Positions 16,077 through 25,164 of a stretch of 32,000 bases of DNA are shown here, piece by piece. The notes beneath the pieces were generated by a model. It did no database searches and was not told the origin of the DNA. It saw only the letters and a list, made by a program, of their open reading frames with translations. Origin of the DNA: Bacillus subtilis subsp. subtilis str. 168 (GTDB lineage: Bacteria > Bacillota > Bacilli > Bacillales > Bacillaceae); assembly GCF_000009045.1 (NCBI RefSeq), contig NC_000964.3:1050001-1082000 (forward strand), given 5' to 3'. The first letter of the stretch is position 1. The number at the start of each line of letters is the position of its first letter. Position numbers and translations under genes: made by a program.

Positions 16077-18968
16077 GTGACAGCTTTGCGAATTATATCT
16101 TTACATATCTACCAATACGGAAAATTTTCCAATCGGACCTTTGACTTTTCCGCCTCTCCTGTCCAAGTCATCTACGGATTAAATGAGGCAGGAAAAACGA
16201 CGATGATGTCATTCATTGAAAGCATGCTGTTCGGTTTTCCGAAAACGAAAAAGTATGAACCGAAAACAGGCGGTGTCTACGGCGGTGTTCTTGAAGCTGA
16301 ACATCCTGAGTATGGGGTGCTGAAGATCGAACGGACGAAAGGGACTGCCGAAAAACTAAGCGTGTACACAGAAAAGGGCGAAGTAAAGCAGGGAGATGTT
16401 TTAAAGCAGCTGTTCCAGGGCACAGACAGGTCGTTGTACAAAGCCATATATTCGTTCGACGTATTCGGGCTGCAGGAAATTCACGCCTTTAATCGGGACA
16501 AGATAGGGGAATTTTTGCTCTTTTCCAGCTTGTTTGGTGCTGAAGCCGTATCAAAGCTTGATTCAAGGCTGACGAAGGAAAGCGAAAGGCTCTATAAACC
16601 AAATGGGCGAAACCCTCAATTGAATCAGGAGCTGGAAACGCTTAAGCAGCTGGCAGTTAAGCTAAAACAGGCTGAAGCAGAGGAAGCGGGCTATCATCAG
16701 CTTCTCGAGGAAAAACGAACGCTTGAAGCCCGCCTTGCAGCCGCGGAAACCGAATTGAAAGAGACGGCGGGACATATCCGAATGATTGAGGGAGCGATTG
16801 AGCGAAAGCCGCTGCTAAATGAAAAAGCGACACTCGAACAGGTGATTGCAGAATTTCCGGAACACGCAGGACAATTTCCTGCTGACGGACTGCATCAGCT
16901 GGAAAAATATGAATCCCATCTTCACCCGAAATCAGCACAGCTTGAGGCGCTTCGGGTGAAGATGGCGGAGTTGGACAAACAGAGGCAAAAGCTTATCCCC
17001 GATAAAGAACTATTGGCGAAAGAAACGCTGATACAAGAGCTTTCGGCAGCGTTTCATATGTACCAATCCTGGGGAGAACAGCTGGCAGCCATTCAGGCAC
17101 AGCTGCGCCAGACGTCTGCGCAGACAGCGGCAGGGCTGGAACAGCTCAATAAAACGGATGAAAATGAGCTCCTGAATATGAACACCTCATATGATTATGA
17201 ATGGCAGCTTCAGCAAGCGGTGCAGCAATATGTACAGGCAAGAGACAGAAAACGGCAGCTTGACGAGACGTTTGAACTTGCCCGGCAAGAGCTGGAAGAC
17301 GCGGAAAAGGCCGTTCGTGCCGCTTCGTCCGCGATTCTTGAAAACAGCCAAAGAAAAGATAAAGAAGCAGCTCTTAGAGCATATGATGAAACACAGGGGC
17401 AGCACCAAGAGCAAGCGAAGCTCAGAGAACAGCTAACGTTTTTTGAAAGACAGCAGGCTAAACAGAAAAAGACTGTCATTGCAGCTGGTATGTTGTTCAT
17501 CGTTCTCTTTTCTCTGCTGCAGCAATGGATTCCCGCCATAAGTTTCGGCGCTGCACTTATTGTGTATTGGCTTGTTTCAGGAAAGTCGTCTTCTCGAAAC
17601 AGCCGAGAGACAAGACAGCCCATGACGGATATTTCACCAGCAGAAGCTGAAATGCTTAGAGAAGCGTTATGGGAGGATGACCGCAATAAGCAGCACCTTC
17701 TCACACAGCGTGCAGCGCTCCAGCAAAAAGAGGCGGCGTATGAAAGGGTCATCCAGCAGTTTGAACAGTGGGAAGCCGAAATGGCGCCGTCCTTTACACA
17801 GGTTGAGCGTTTTATGAATGAGCTCGGATTTAAGGAAGATCCATCATTTTTGCTTGATGCATACAGCTTAATGAAGGATGTTAAAAAAGAAGTGAAGAAA
17901 AAGCATGAGCTGACCATAGAAGCAGGCAGGCTGAAAAAGCACCGGAGAACATTCGAAGAACGCGTCAGTATGCTTCTTCCCGTGAATCAGAGTCAGGATA
18001 TCTCCATTTCGGACGCCCTTCACACATTGCGGAAAAACATTGAACGTGAAAAAGAAATTGAGAAGCAAAAAAAGGAAATTGAAACAGATATTCATTATAC
18101 AAAGGAACAGATGCTTGAACTTGAGCAAGAAATACAGTATTTCCACGCACAGATTGAACAGTTATTTGCCGCGGCTGCTGCAAAAGACAGAGATGCGTTT
18201 TTTGCCATAGCCGCCATCAGCAGGCAATTGAAGGATACGGAGAACAAGCTTCATCACGTAAACGCACAGCTTCAAGGCGGGTACCCGGAGGAACTTGAAC
18301 TGGCGGATTCCAATACGCTTTCTGAATTGAAAGATAAGCAATTTGTTGAGAATGAAAGAAAAGAGCGGCTGACTGAGGAGATCGAGCAGCTCCGCAGCCA
18401 AATCGCACTGCTCTCAGTCAAACAGGAACAATTAGAGGCTTCGGGAATGGTCTCAGACCTCAAGCTTCAAACCGAAATGCAAAAAGAACGTGTGAAAGAA
18501 ACGGCTAAAAAATGGGCCTCCATACAAATGGTCAAACAGGTGATCAGAAACAAATTGGAGCGGCATAAAAAAATCGAGCTTCCGCGCCTTCTGGAGACGG
18601 CAGGAGAATTTTTCCGTCCTCTGACTGACGGAAACTACCAAACCATTTATTTTTCCGAAACGGATGATTCGATCATGGTTATGCATCGCGATGGCACTGT
18701 CTATCATGCGGAAGAGCTGTCACAAGGGACGTGTGAACAGCTGTATACAGCGATCCGCTTTGCTTTGGCCGTTACGCGCCAGGGTGAGTCAAAGCTTCCG
18801 TTCCAGCTTGACGACAGTTTTGTTCATTTTGATCAGGAAAGGCTGAAACGTGTATTACATGTTCTGTATGATTTATCTGAAGGCGGTAGGCAGATTTTGT
18901 ATTTTACATGCCATGAGCACGTAAAAGATGCATTTCATAGCAGCCAAATCATCCATTTGGTGTCATAA
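16077..18968 (+). CDS. yhaN: Rad50/SbcC-like SMC-family ATPase (YhaN, also SbcE), about 963 aa
   Basis: N-terminal Walker [10 protein letters not shown], long Glu/Gln/Ala/Lys-rich coiled coil, then C-terminal signature LSQGTCEQL and Walker B FQLDDSF. The start is ambiguous among TTG 16062, GTG 16077 (963 aa, as I recall the annotation) and TTG 16086. It is essentially contiguous with the yhaO stop. Confidence 0.9.
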   Translation: MTALRIISLHIYQYGKFSNRTFDFSASPVQVIYGLNEAGKTTMMSFIESMLFGFPKTKKYEPKTGGVYGGVLEAEHPEYGVLKIERTKGTAEKLSVYTEKGEVKQGDVLKQLFQGTDRSLYKAIYSFDVFGLQEIHAFNRDKIGEFLLFSSLFGAEAVSKLDSRLTKESERLYKPNGRNPQLNQELETLKQLAVKLKQAEAEEAGYHQLLEEKRTLEARLAAAETELKETAGHIRMIEGAIERKPLLNEKATLEQVIAEFPEHAGQFPADGLHQLEKYESHLHPKSAQLEALRVKMAELDKQRQKLIPDKELLAKETLIQELSAAFHMYQSWGEQLAAIQAQLRQTSAQTAAGLEQLNKTDENELLNMNTSYDYEWQLQQAVQQYVQARDRKRQLDETFELARQELEDAEKAVRAASSAILENSQRKDKEAALRAYDETQGQHQEQAKLREQLTFFERQQAKQKKTVIAAGMLFIVLFSLLQQWIPAISFGAALIVYWLVSGKSSSRNSRETRQPMTDISPAEAEMLREALWEDDRNKQHLLTQRAALQQKEAAYERVIQQFEQWEAEMAPSFTQVERFMNELGFKEDPSFLLDAYSLMKDVKKEVKKKHELTIEAGRLKKHRRTFEERVSMLLPVNQSQDISISDALHTLRKNIEREKEIEKQKKEIETDIHYTKEQMLELEQEIQYFHAQIEQLFAAAAAKDRDAFFAIAAISRQLKDTENKLHHVNAQLQGGYPEELELADSNTLSELKDKQFVENERKERLTEEIEQLRSQIALLSVKQEQLEASGMVSDLKLQTEMQKERVKETAKKWASIQMVKQVIRNKLERHKKIELPRLLETAGEFFRPLTDGNYQTIYFSETDDSIMVMHRDGTVYHAEELSQGTCEQLYTAIRFALAVTRQGESKLPFQLDDSFVHFDQERLKRVLHVLYDLSEGGRQILYFTCHEHVKDAFHSSQIIHLVS

Positions 18969-19041
18969 AAGAGGTTCTATAGCTGAAAATCGGTATGTGA
19001 TATACTGGTATTATGTAAGATACGGAGGGAGCTTTAATAGA

Positions 19042-19986
19042 ATGGCTAAAGGGATTATGCTACATGAGGTTGGCGAACAGGTGGACCAGTATCTATTGAT
19101 TAAATCCTCGACGAAAGGGATTGCAAGCAATGGAAAACCGTTTCTGACGCTGATGCTGCAAGACCAGTCAGGCGATATTGAAGCGAAGCTGTGGGATGCC
19201 AAGCAAAGTGATGAAGTGACCTATGCGCCGCAGACGATTGTCAAGGTCGTCGGCGATGTTCACCATTATCGCGGACGCACCCAGCTGAAGCTAAGAAATA
19301 TCAGACCGGTAAGCGAGCAAGAAAACGTCAATATTGATGATTTTTTAGAAACCGCGCCGATTCCGAAAAATGAAATGATGGATACCATCACTCAATATAT
19401 ATTTGAAATGAAAAATCCGAATATCCAGCGAATCACAAGGTTTTTGGTTAAAAAACACGAAGCTGAGTTTATGGATTATCCGGCGGCTACGAAAAACCAC
19501 CATGAGTTTGTCTCAGGTTTGGCGTATCATGTTGTCTCTATGCTGAACCTGGCGAAAGCAATAGCAGATTTATATCCTTCTCTTGATCGTGATCTGCTTT
19601 ACGCCGGTGTTATCCTGCATGATCTTGGAAAAGTGAAGGAGCTGTCCGGCCCTGTTTCCACTTCATATACGGTTGAAGGCAATTTGCTCGGCCATATTTC
19701 CATCATGGTGACAGAGCTTTCAAAAGCGGCTGAGGAGCTTCAAATCGATTCTGAAGAGGTGTTAATTCTTCAGCATTTGATTTTGAGTCACCACGGCAAA
19801 GCAGAATGGGGCAGCCCGAAACCGCCTATGGTGAAAGAAGCGGAAATTCTTCACTATATAGACAATCTGGATGCAAAAATGAATATGATGGACAGAGCGC
19901 TTGAGCGCGTGAAGCCGGGCGAGTATACTGAACGTGTATTTGCACTGGAAAACCGTTCCTTTTATAAACCGACATTTCATAAATAA
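19042..19986 (+). CDS. yhaM: 3'-5' exoribonuclease YhaM (OB-fold plus HD domain), 314 aa
   Basis: ORF-track frame 18928..19986 trimmed to the ATG at 19042, downstream of GGAGGGAG. It has an N-terminal OB-fold-like region and the HD motif ILHDLGK. Confidence 0.92.
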   Translation: MAKGIMLHEVGEQVDQYLLIKSSTKGIASNGKPFLTLMLQDQSGDIEAKLWDAKQSDEVTYAPQTIVKVVGDVHHYRGRTQLKLRNIRPVSEQENVNIDDFLETAPIPKNEMMDTITQYIFEMKNPNIQRITRFLVKKHEAEFMDYPAATKNHHEFVSGLAYHVVSMLNLAKAIADLYPSLDRDLLYAGVILHDLGKVKELSGPVSTSYTVEGNLLGHISIMVTELSKAAEELQIDSEEVLILQHLILSHHGKAEWGSPKPPMVKEAEILHYIDNLDAKMNMMDRALERVKPGEYTERVFALENRSFYKPTFHK

Positions 19987-19990
19987 CTTA

Positions 19991-20029
19991 AAAAGGACTG
20001 ATGCTGACATATTCAGCTCAGTCCTTTTT
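19991..20029 (+). terminator. Rho-independent terminator after yhaM
   Basis: Stem AAAAGGACTGA/TCAGTCCTTTT followed by a T-run. Confidence 0.85.
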
Positions 20030-20110
20030 GATGCGTCTTTCCCGCACATAACTCGTCTCATTCCCGCATATGGTTAAGAATAAAGAATCTATGCAAAGGG
20101 GGAGGAGCCC

Positions 20111-20323
20111 GTGTTATTTTTTCCGTGGTGGGTGTATCTTTGTATTGTAGGCATCATTTTCAGCGCATATAAACTTGTGGCGGCAGCCAAAGAGGAAGAA
20201 AAAGTAGACCAGGCTTTTATTGAAAAAGAAGGACAGATTTATATGGAGAGGATGGAAAAGGAGCGAGAACGCCGCAGTTCTCAGCAGCATGAAGAAGAAA
20301 ATCAAAACCATTCCATCGCATAA
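20111..20323 (+). CDS. yhaL: Small sporulation-associated membrane protein YhaL, 70 aa
   Basis: GTG start with GGGGGAGGAG 4 nt upstream. It has one N-terminal TM segment (FFPWWVYLCIVGIIFSAY) and a highly charged tail. Confidence 0.85.
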   Translation: MLFFPWWVYLCIVGIIFSAYKLVAAAKEEEKVDQAFIEKEGQIYMERMEKERERRSSQQHEEENQNHSIA

Positions 20324-20362
20324 AAAAAGCTGTGCGGCTCAATGAGCCGCACAGCTTTTTTT
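20322..20362. terminator. Bidirectional terminator between convergent yhaL and prsA
   Basis: About 18-bp perfect stem AAAAAAGCTGTGCGGCTC / GAGCCGCACAGCTTTTTT with an A-run and a T-run on the two sides. Confidence 0.9.
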
Positions 20363-20363
20363 A

Positions 20364-21242
20364 TTATTTAGAATTGCTTGAAGATGAAGAAGTGCTGTTG
20401 CTTGTTGAAGATGTATTAAATGTGTCTTTCAGATCTTTATCTTTTACTTCGATGTCAGCCTTCTTCATGACTTTTTGAACAGCTTCCTGAACAGCTGCGT
20501 TGTCATTTAATTTTTGTTCAAGCACTTCAGATTTCAGTTCTTTTTTCATATCATCATATTTGCCGCGTTCTTCTGTCTTTTTAATGATATGGTAGCCGTA
20601 TTGCGTTTTGACAGGATCACTGACTTCACCTGTTTTTAATTTGAATGCAGCTTTGCTGAATGTTTCGTCCATTTGGCCTTCTTTTGCGAACCAGCCAAGA
20701 TCCCCGCCTTTTGAAGCAGAGCTGTCTGTTGAGTATTCTTTCGCAAGGTCTTCAAACTTCTCGCCTTTTTTCAGCTTTTTCTCTACTTCTTCAGCTGTCT
20801 TTTTATCAGCAACAAGGATGTGGCTTGCACGGATTTTGCCTTTTAAGCCTTCCCAGTACTCTTTGATATCGGCGTCTGTTACTTTGATGTTATCTTTAGC
20901 CGCTTTTTGTGTCAGCAATTCATATTTTACTTGTTCTTTCAGGTAATCTTTGCCATATTGCTTTTCGAGGGCAGTATATTGATCGCCAAGCTGCGTTTTG
21001 TATTCTTTCAGCTTGTTGTCAATTTCTTTATCCGAAACTTTATACTTCTTGTCCAATACTTTTTCTTGCACTAGCTGTGTCAGTACGCTTGCGCCAGCTG
21101 TTTTCTTCATGTTTGTGTAAAGCTCGCCTTTTGTGACATCGCCTGCGTCTGTTTTTGCGATAACTTCTTTGTCGCCGCTGCTGCAAGCACTGAGAGCGAG
21201 GATGCTTGTAGCAGTGATAGCTGCTATTGCGATTTTCTTCAT
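20364..21242 (-). CDS. prsA: Foldase lipoprotein PrsA (parvulin-type PPIase), 292 aa
   Basis: ORF-track frame trimmed to the ATG at 21242. It has a lipobox LALSAC, a parvulin core (ASHILV...GGDLGWF...GYHIIK) and a Ser-rich C-terminus. Confidence 0.95.
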   Translation of the reverse strand: MKKIAIAAITATSILALSACSSGDKEVIAKTDAGDVTKGELYTNMKKTAGASVLTQLVQEKVLDKKYKVSDKEIDNKLKEYKTQLGDQYTALEKQYGKDYLKEQVKYELLTQKAAKDNIKVTDADIKEYWEGLKGKIRASHILVADKKTAEEVEKKLKKGEKFEDLAKEYSTDSSASKGGDLGWFAKEGQMDETFSKAAFKLKTGEVSDPVKTQYGYHIIKKTEERGKYDDMKKELKSEVLEQKLNDNAAVQEAVQKVMKKADIEVKDKDLKDTFNTSSTSNSTSSSSSNSK

Positions 21243-21401
21243 TGTTTTCAAACACTCCTAATCATTCCAAATTAAATTACCTATGCGTATCATAACATAT
21301 TGTGGCTTTCTGTAAAAAGATTTTAAATAAAGGGCATTCGTCTAGTCAAACTTTTGCTGATGACATACTTATATATTGATCAAGAAAAGGAGGTATGTAA
21401 C

Positions 21402-21488
21402 ATGAGCGGAGGATACTCTAACGGATTCGCGTTGCTCGTAGTACTGTTCATTTTGCTTATCATCGTAGGTGCAGCTTACATCTACTAA
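21402..21488 (+). CDS. Tiny transmembrane protein, 28 aa, YjcZ-like / tiny_TM_bacill family
   Basis: Below the ORF-track size cutoff. ATG with AAAAGGAGGT 8 nt upstream. The product is MSGGYSNGFALLVVLFILLIIVGAAYIY. A dedicated terminator follows. Confidence 0.8.
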   Translation: MSGGYSNGFALLVVLFILLIIVGAAYIY

Positions 21489-21496
21489 GCAGCCCG

Positions 21497-21530
21497 AGGA
21501 TCGCTTGCAACATAAGCGATCCTTTATTTT
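21497..21530 (+). terminator. Rho-independent terminator after the first tiny TM ORF
   Basis: 10-bp stem AGGATCGCTT/AAGCGATCCT with loop GCAACAT, followed by TTATTTT. Confidence 0.8.
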
Positions 21531-21612
21531 CACTAGCGCCTAATCGTTTCAAACATGAATTGCATAACATGTAATTGGTAAATAAAGCTTATTACAGGAG
21601 GTGCTATTTAAG

Positions 21613-21699
21613 ATGGGTGAAGTATTTGCAGGCGGATTCGCTTTATTGGTTGTGTTATTTATTTTATTGATTATCATCGGCGCTTCTTGGCTGTACTAA
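21613..21699 (+). CDS. Tiny transmembrane protein, 28 aa, second YjcZ-like paralog
   Basis: Below the ORF-track size cutoff. ATG with AGGAGGTG 9 nt upstream. The product is MGEVFAGGFALLVVLFILLIIIGASWLY. A dedicated terminator follows. Confidence 0.8.
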   Translation: MGEVFAGGFALLVVLFILLIIIGASWLY

Positions 21700-21706
21700 T
21701 CAACAT

Positions 21707-21746
21707 AAAAAAGCATAGCTGCTTAATCAGCAGCTATGCTTTCTTT
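21707..21746. terminator. Bidirectional terminator shared by the second tiny TM ORF and the minus-strand small ORF
   Basis: 12-bp stem AAGCATAGCTGC/GCAGCTATGCTT flanked by AAAA upstream and TCTTTC downstream. On the minus strand the stem is followed by TTTTTTA. Confidence 0.8.
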
Positions 21747-21751
21747 CGTAT

Positions 21752-21937
21752 TTACACTGTAAAGGAGATCTCCACAAACGAAGAGATCAGTAAAATTAAT
21801 ATAGATACATTAATAAATCGGAATACCTTATCTTGCCGCTCTTCAGGAATCTCTCTGACAAGGCATAATGTATTGGTGAGCCTGTTTATGAAATATAAAA
21901 TAAACACGGCAGCCACGATAAAATAGAATAAAATGAT
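21752..21937 (-). CDS. Possible small two-TM membrane protein (61 codons) with no canonical start codon at the SD-defined position
   Basis: The minus strand reads GAGAGGGGGAAtctcccATCATTTTATTC. A strong SD lies 8 nt before ATC-ATT, and the frame stays open to the TAA at 21752-21754. That stop sits right before the terminator at 21707-21746. The product would be IILFYFIVAAVFILYFINRL...FINVSILILLISSFVEISFTV. The only canonical in-frame start is a GTG 7 codons in, and it has no SD. Confidence 0.4.
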   Translation of the reverse strand: MILFYFIVAAVFILYFINRLTNTLCLVREIPEERQDKVFRFINVSILILLISSFVEISFTV

Positions 21938-22041
21938 GGGAGATTCCCCCTCTCTCTGAACTGTCCCATATTACATTACCAAATATTTATTAAAAAAGAT
22001 AGAATGCAAATTGAAAAATCGCCACCAGCACCAGGGTTTGA

Positions 22042-22560
22042 CTACTTTTCAACAAGAATATCCAAGCCGTCAGCTTCCTGATCAATAAAAGCGGTTTTCG
22101 GTGCTTTTATCAGCTTGAGAGCCAGCAGGAAATCAGGCAGACAGTAGCCGGCGTGAATGCCCGAGATCATGCAAAAATAATGAGCGTGATTCGGAAATGC
22201 CAGTGCTGCGTAAAACAATACCGGTGTAATCAGCAAGAACGGGCTGACGAGTGAAATCAGCATTGTTGTTTTTGGTATACGTTTCCATGTGCGCATGCGC
22301 AATATGTAAAACTTTTTTTCTATTTTTCTTTTTTTGCAGATGATTGGCAGGACATGGATGACTTTATGTACAAATAAAATAACGACGAGCAAACCGCCGA
22401 ATAAAGATACATATTCATCGCTTAAGCTTGTGCCAGGCCGCAGCAGCTCAAAAGCTAAAAAGGTAGATATAAAAACCAAAATCATAAAACATACAGCAGT
22501 TAATATTATGCGAACGGCGCCATAATCCTTCATGAGATTTATGGTCTTCCAGCAATTCAT
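22042..22560 (-). CDS. yhaJ: Polytopic membrane protein YhaJ, 172 aa
   Basis: ORF-track frame 22042..22617. The ATG at 22560 has GGAAGGA 9 nt upstream and gives the 172 aa I recall. The upstream in-frame ATGs at 22569 and 22581 remain possible. Confidence 0.8.
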
Positions 22561-22767
22561 CAAAGTCATCCTTCCATACATCTTGAATAGAATCTCAAAA
22601 TAATTTACTCCTCCCAAGAGAAAAAATCAATGCTTTTTTAAGAAAAAATATCATCCGGCAGGTATTTTTTTGAAACAAGCAAACAAACTGCGAAATATGG
22701 GGTTAGAACTTTCTTCTCAGTGAATTATCAGCTAAAATAAGATTAAAGATAGAAAGAAGTGGTGTGG

Positions 22768-23109
22768 ATGGATTCGATGGATCATCGCATTGAGCGATTA
22801 GAATATTACATACAATTATTAGTGAAAACAGTAGATATGGACAGGTACCCCTTCTATGCGCTTCTCATTGATAAAGGGCTGAGCAAGGAAGAAGGGGAAG
22901 CGGTTATGAGGATATGCGACGAATTGTCGGAAGAGCTGGCAACACAAAAAGCGCAAGGATTTGTAACCTTTGATAAGCTCCTTGCGCTTTTTGCCGGACA
23001 GCTGAATGAAAAATTAGATGTTCATGAAACAATTTTTGCCCTGTATGAGCAGGGGCTTTATCAAGAGCTGATGGAAGTCTTTATCGACATCATGAAGCAT
23101 TTTGATTAA
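22768..23109 (+). CDS. yhaI: Small helical hypothetical protein YhaI, 113 aa
   Basis: ORF-track frame 22759..23109. The first ATG at 22768 gives 113 aa. The SD context is weak, so the start is approximate. Confidence 0.8.
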
Positions 23110-23717
23110 CTGTTTACAGGTTCGAGCTCTTCAGCCGGTTCATCCGCCGCACTGTCCTTTGCTTTTTTCTTCAATTTTCCGTTTACGCTTTCAAAGTCAT
23201 TGTCAATATTGGTGAGTGACGTTTCGAAAATTTCCATAAAATCATCGCCGTAGATATGGCGTATCATACACATCATTTCTGCCACTTCAGGAAATTTTCC
23301 GAATAAATGATATAAAGGCTGTGACCCTTTAAAAACAGCGTTGCGTGTCGGATCAAATTCCTCAAGCAAGCTCCAGAATACCTCGGTACCTTCCTCAGTC
23401 AATTGGACATATGTGTTCCGTTTATCATTCAGCCGTTTGGAGAACCTTAAATATCCCCGTTCTTCCAGCTTTTTTGAAAAGTTGAATGCGGTTGATACGT
23501 GCATGACCCCGAATTTCGCGATTTCAGAAATGGAAGCTCCATTCAATTGATACGCAATCCATAAAATATGATGCTCATTAATATTCAGGTCATACGGTTT
23601 GAGCCATTGCTGCCAATCCTTCTCGATCGATTTCCAAAGAGCCTTGCTAAGCTGAGCCATTTTCTGGGTGAAAACCAGAGCTTCTTTCACATCATAGGGC
23701 GGTTCCACTCGATTCAT
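23106..23717 (-). CDS. scoC: MarR-family transition-state regulator ScoC (Hpr), 203 aa
   Basis: The full-length product [56 protein letters not shown]... is recognisable as Hpr/ScoC. It has a winged-helix core and an acidic tail. Confidence 0.95.
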
Positions 23718-23841
23718 TACGTCACCTGCTTCTCTTTTTCTTTTTCTCTATTATGCCAATAAAATAAAGATTAATAAAGATGAAAATGTAAGAATTTTTT
23801 AATAAATTCACAAACCATTGCGACGAAAGGGTTTTTCGGCC

Positions 23842-23880
23842 AAAAAAAATACGGGTCCAATTTTGGCCCGCATTTTTTTC
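23842..23880 (-). terminator. Rho-independent terminator after yhaH
   Basis: The minus strand reads ATGCGGGCCaaaattGGACCCGTAT followed by TTTTTTTT. The stem is imperfect, with one mismatch and one G-U pair. Confidence 0.65.
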
Positions 23881-23894
23881 TTTTGAATAGGATA

Positions 23895-24251
23895 TTAGTT
23901 TTGTAAGGTTTTCTCCAGCTGTCTGATTTTCTCTTCGATATCGGCAATTTCTTTTTGCAGATCCTGCTGGTGAGGCTTGATCTCTTCCTGCCATTTTTTA
24001 ATTGATGTTTGGAGCTCGCCGCCCACGTCTTTAATAACATCCGTGCTTTCTTTTGCCGCTTTGATCAGCTGGTCTTTTAATGCAAGCCCGTCTGACTTTA
24101 AGCGTTTGATTGTTTCTTCAAAAGAATCATAATTGGTTTTCATTTTTTCACGCAGCTGCTTTCCTGAGGAAGGTGCAGTAAGAAGAACCGCTGCTCCTCC
24201 GATGATGCCGCCTACGAATAGTCCTGTTAATAGAGAACGTCCGCTCGCCAT
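23895..24251 (-). CDS. yhaH: YtxH-like membrane-anchored stress protein YhaH, 118 aa
   Basis: ORF-track frame trimmed to the ATG at 24251, with GGGGTGA 5 nt upstream. It has an N-terminal TM segment (LLTGLFVGGIIGGAAVLLTA) followed by a charged helical region. Confidence 0.88.
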   Translation of the reverse strand: MASGRSLLTGLFVGGIIGGAAVLLTAPSSGKQLREKMKTNYDSFEETIKRLKSDGLALKDQLIKAAKESTDVIKDVGGELQTSIKKWQEEIKPHQQDLQKEIADIEEKIRQLEKTLQN

Positions 24252-24380
24252 TACAATCACCCCGTCTTTTTCTTCAAAATAGGATTCATTCAGCATTTTT
24301 CATTTTTGTTGAAAGCCTGAACTTCTATACATAGCTTGCTTTATTTTAGCATATTTTTTAAGTGAAAAGGAGGGAGAAGG

Positions 24381-24572
24381 TTGTCTGTCTTTTTGATTGT
24401 ATTATCCTGCATCACCCTTGCCTTCGCTTCAGGCGCTGTTTACTATATCAAACTTCTCAGCCAGGCTGCTTCTTATCCGCCCAAGAGGGTTATCCGGCAG
24501 AAAGCGCTTGTTTGTTCAACCGGAACCGCCTTTACACTATGTCTTATCTTTTTCACAAAACTCCTCGCTTAA
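24381..24572 (+). CDS. Small two-TM membrane protein, 63 aa
   Basis: TTG start with AAAGGAGGGAG 7 nt upstream. It has two hydrophobic helices (VFLIVLSCITLAFASGAVYYI and ALVCSTGTAFTLCLIFFTKLL). The terminator at 24604-24638 follows. Confidence 0.6.
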   Translation: MSVFLIVLSCITLAFASGAVYYIKLLSQAASYPPKRVIRQKALVCSTGTAFTLCLIFFTKLLA

Positions 24573-24603
24573 AACATGCTGACATGCTGCGGGCGCTCTG
24601 TTC

Positions 24604-24638
24604 AAAAAAACCTCTCCCGGAAGCGGAAGAGGTTTTGT
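24604..24638. terminator. Bidirectional terminator between the 63-aa ORF and trpP
   Basis: ACCTCTCCCGgaagCGGAAGAGGT hairpin flanked by A7 upstream and TTTTGTGTG downstream. Confidence 0.75.
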
Positions 24639-24645
24639 GTGACAA

Positions 24646-25164
24646 TTATTTAGCAGCTTCCATAAAGCTTGAACGCCTTAAAATGGTTTGCACAATCGGA
24701 TAAATAATGATCATTGAGATTGTATTCAGCACAGCGGCCGGCAGAACAACAGCCGCGAACAATGCGGCGAAACCGCCCGGTAAACCGACGATCAATAAAG
24801 CTGACGATAGAAACACAATTCCTGATAAGATGGTCCCGATCACTGTCAGCACAGCGGCTGCACCTGTTTTCCGGCTCTTTCTGAACAAGAGAAACAGGGA
24901 GAAGAACAGAAACGCTGATACGGGTTTATCAATGATGTTAGGGATCTGTCCGGCTGGAAACGCGGTTGTAAGCGCGGAAATGATTCCGGTCACGATCCCG
25001 ATGACGAGTACATTTTGCACCCGCGGGAACAGCAGAATGCCCATGAACATCATGATCAGCATCATATCTGGTTTCATGCCGCCTAAAAAGGGCGGAATAA
25101 TGGAATGAAGCGCTGCGCCGATTGCGGCAAACAGAGCCATAATGACTAACTCTTTTGTTTTCAT
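24646..25164 (-). CDS. trpP: Tryptophan transporter TrpP (YhaG), 172 aa
   Basis: Small polytopic membrane protein of the right size and position. A TRAP triplet array overlaps its SD and start codon. Confidence 0.92.
   Translation of the reverse strand: MKTKELVIMALFAAIGAALHSIIPPFLGGMKPDMMLIMMFMGILLFPRVQNVLVIGIVTGIISALTTAFPAGQIPNIIDKPVSAFLFFSLFLLFRKSRKTGAAAVLTVIGTILSGIVFLSSALLIVGLPGGFAALFAAVVLPAAVLNTISMIIIYPIVQTILRRSSFMEAAK

Noticed and set aside
17210-17917. 235-aa minus-strand ORF inside yhaN.
   Set aside because: It is antisense to the Glu/Gln/Ala/Lys-rich coiled-coil codons. This yields a low-complexity Ser/Cys/Ala-rich product with no SD. It is a typical shadow ORF.
14846-19986. I considered whether yhaO-yhaN-yhaM (nuclease, SMC-like ATPase and HD-domain protein) is a novel anti-phage defence cassette.
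   Set aside because: The operon has a LexA box and sits in conserved core gene order with no mobile-element flanks. It corresponds to the described SbcF/SbcE DNA-repair pair plus the YhaM exoribonuclease. Nothing in the sequence points to an accessory island.
21687-21926. 79-aa plus-strand ORF after the second tiny TM gene.
   Set aside because: Its TTG start has no SD and lies inside the tiny ORF. The frame reads straight through a strong terminator hairpin and is antisense to the SD/terminator-bounded minus-strand ORF.
24362-24703. 113-aa plus-strand ORF, and the 61-aa frame at 24397-24582, overlapping the 63-aa membrane ORF.
   Set aside because: Their starts have no usable SD spacing. The products are Cys/Arg/Leu-rich. 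The longer frame crosses the bidirectional terminator and the trpP 3' end. The 24381 TTG frame is the only one with a well-spaced SD and a sensible hydrophobic profile.
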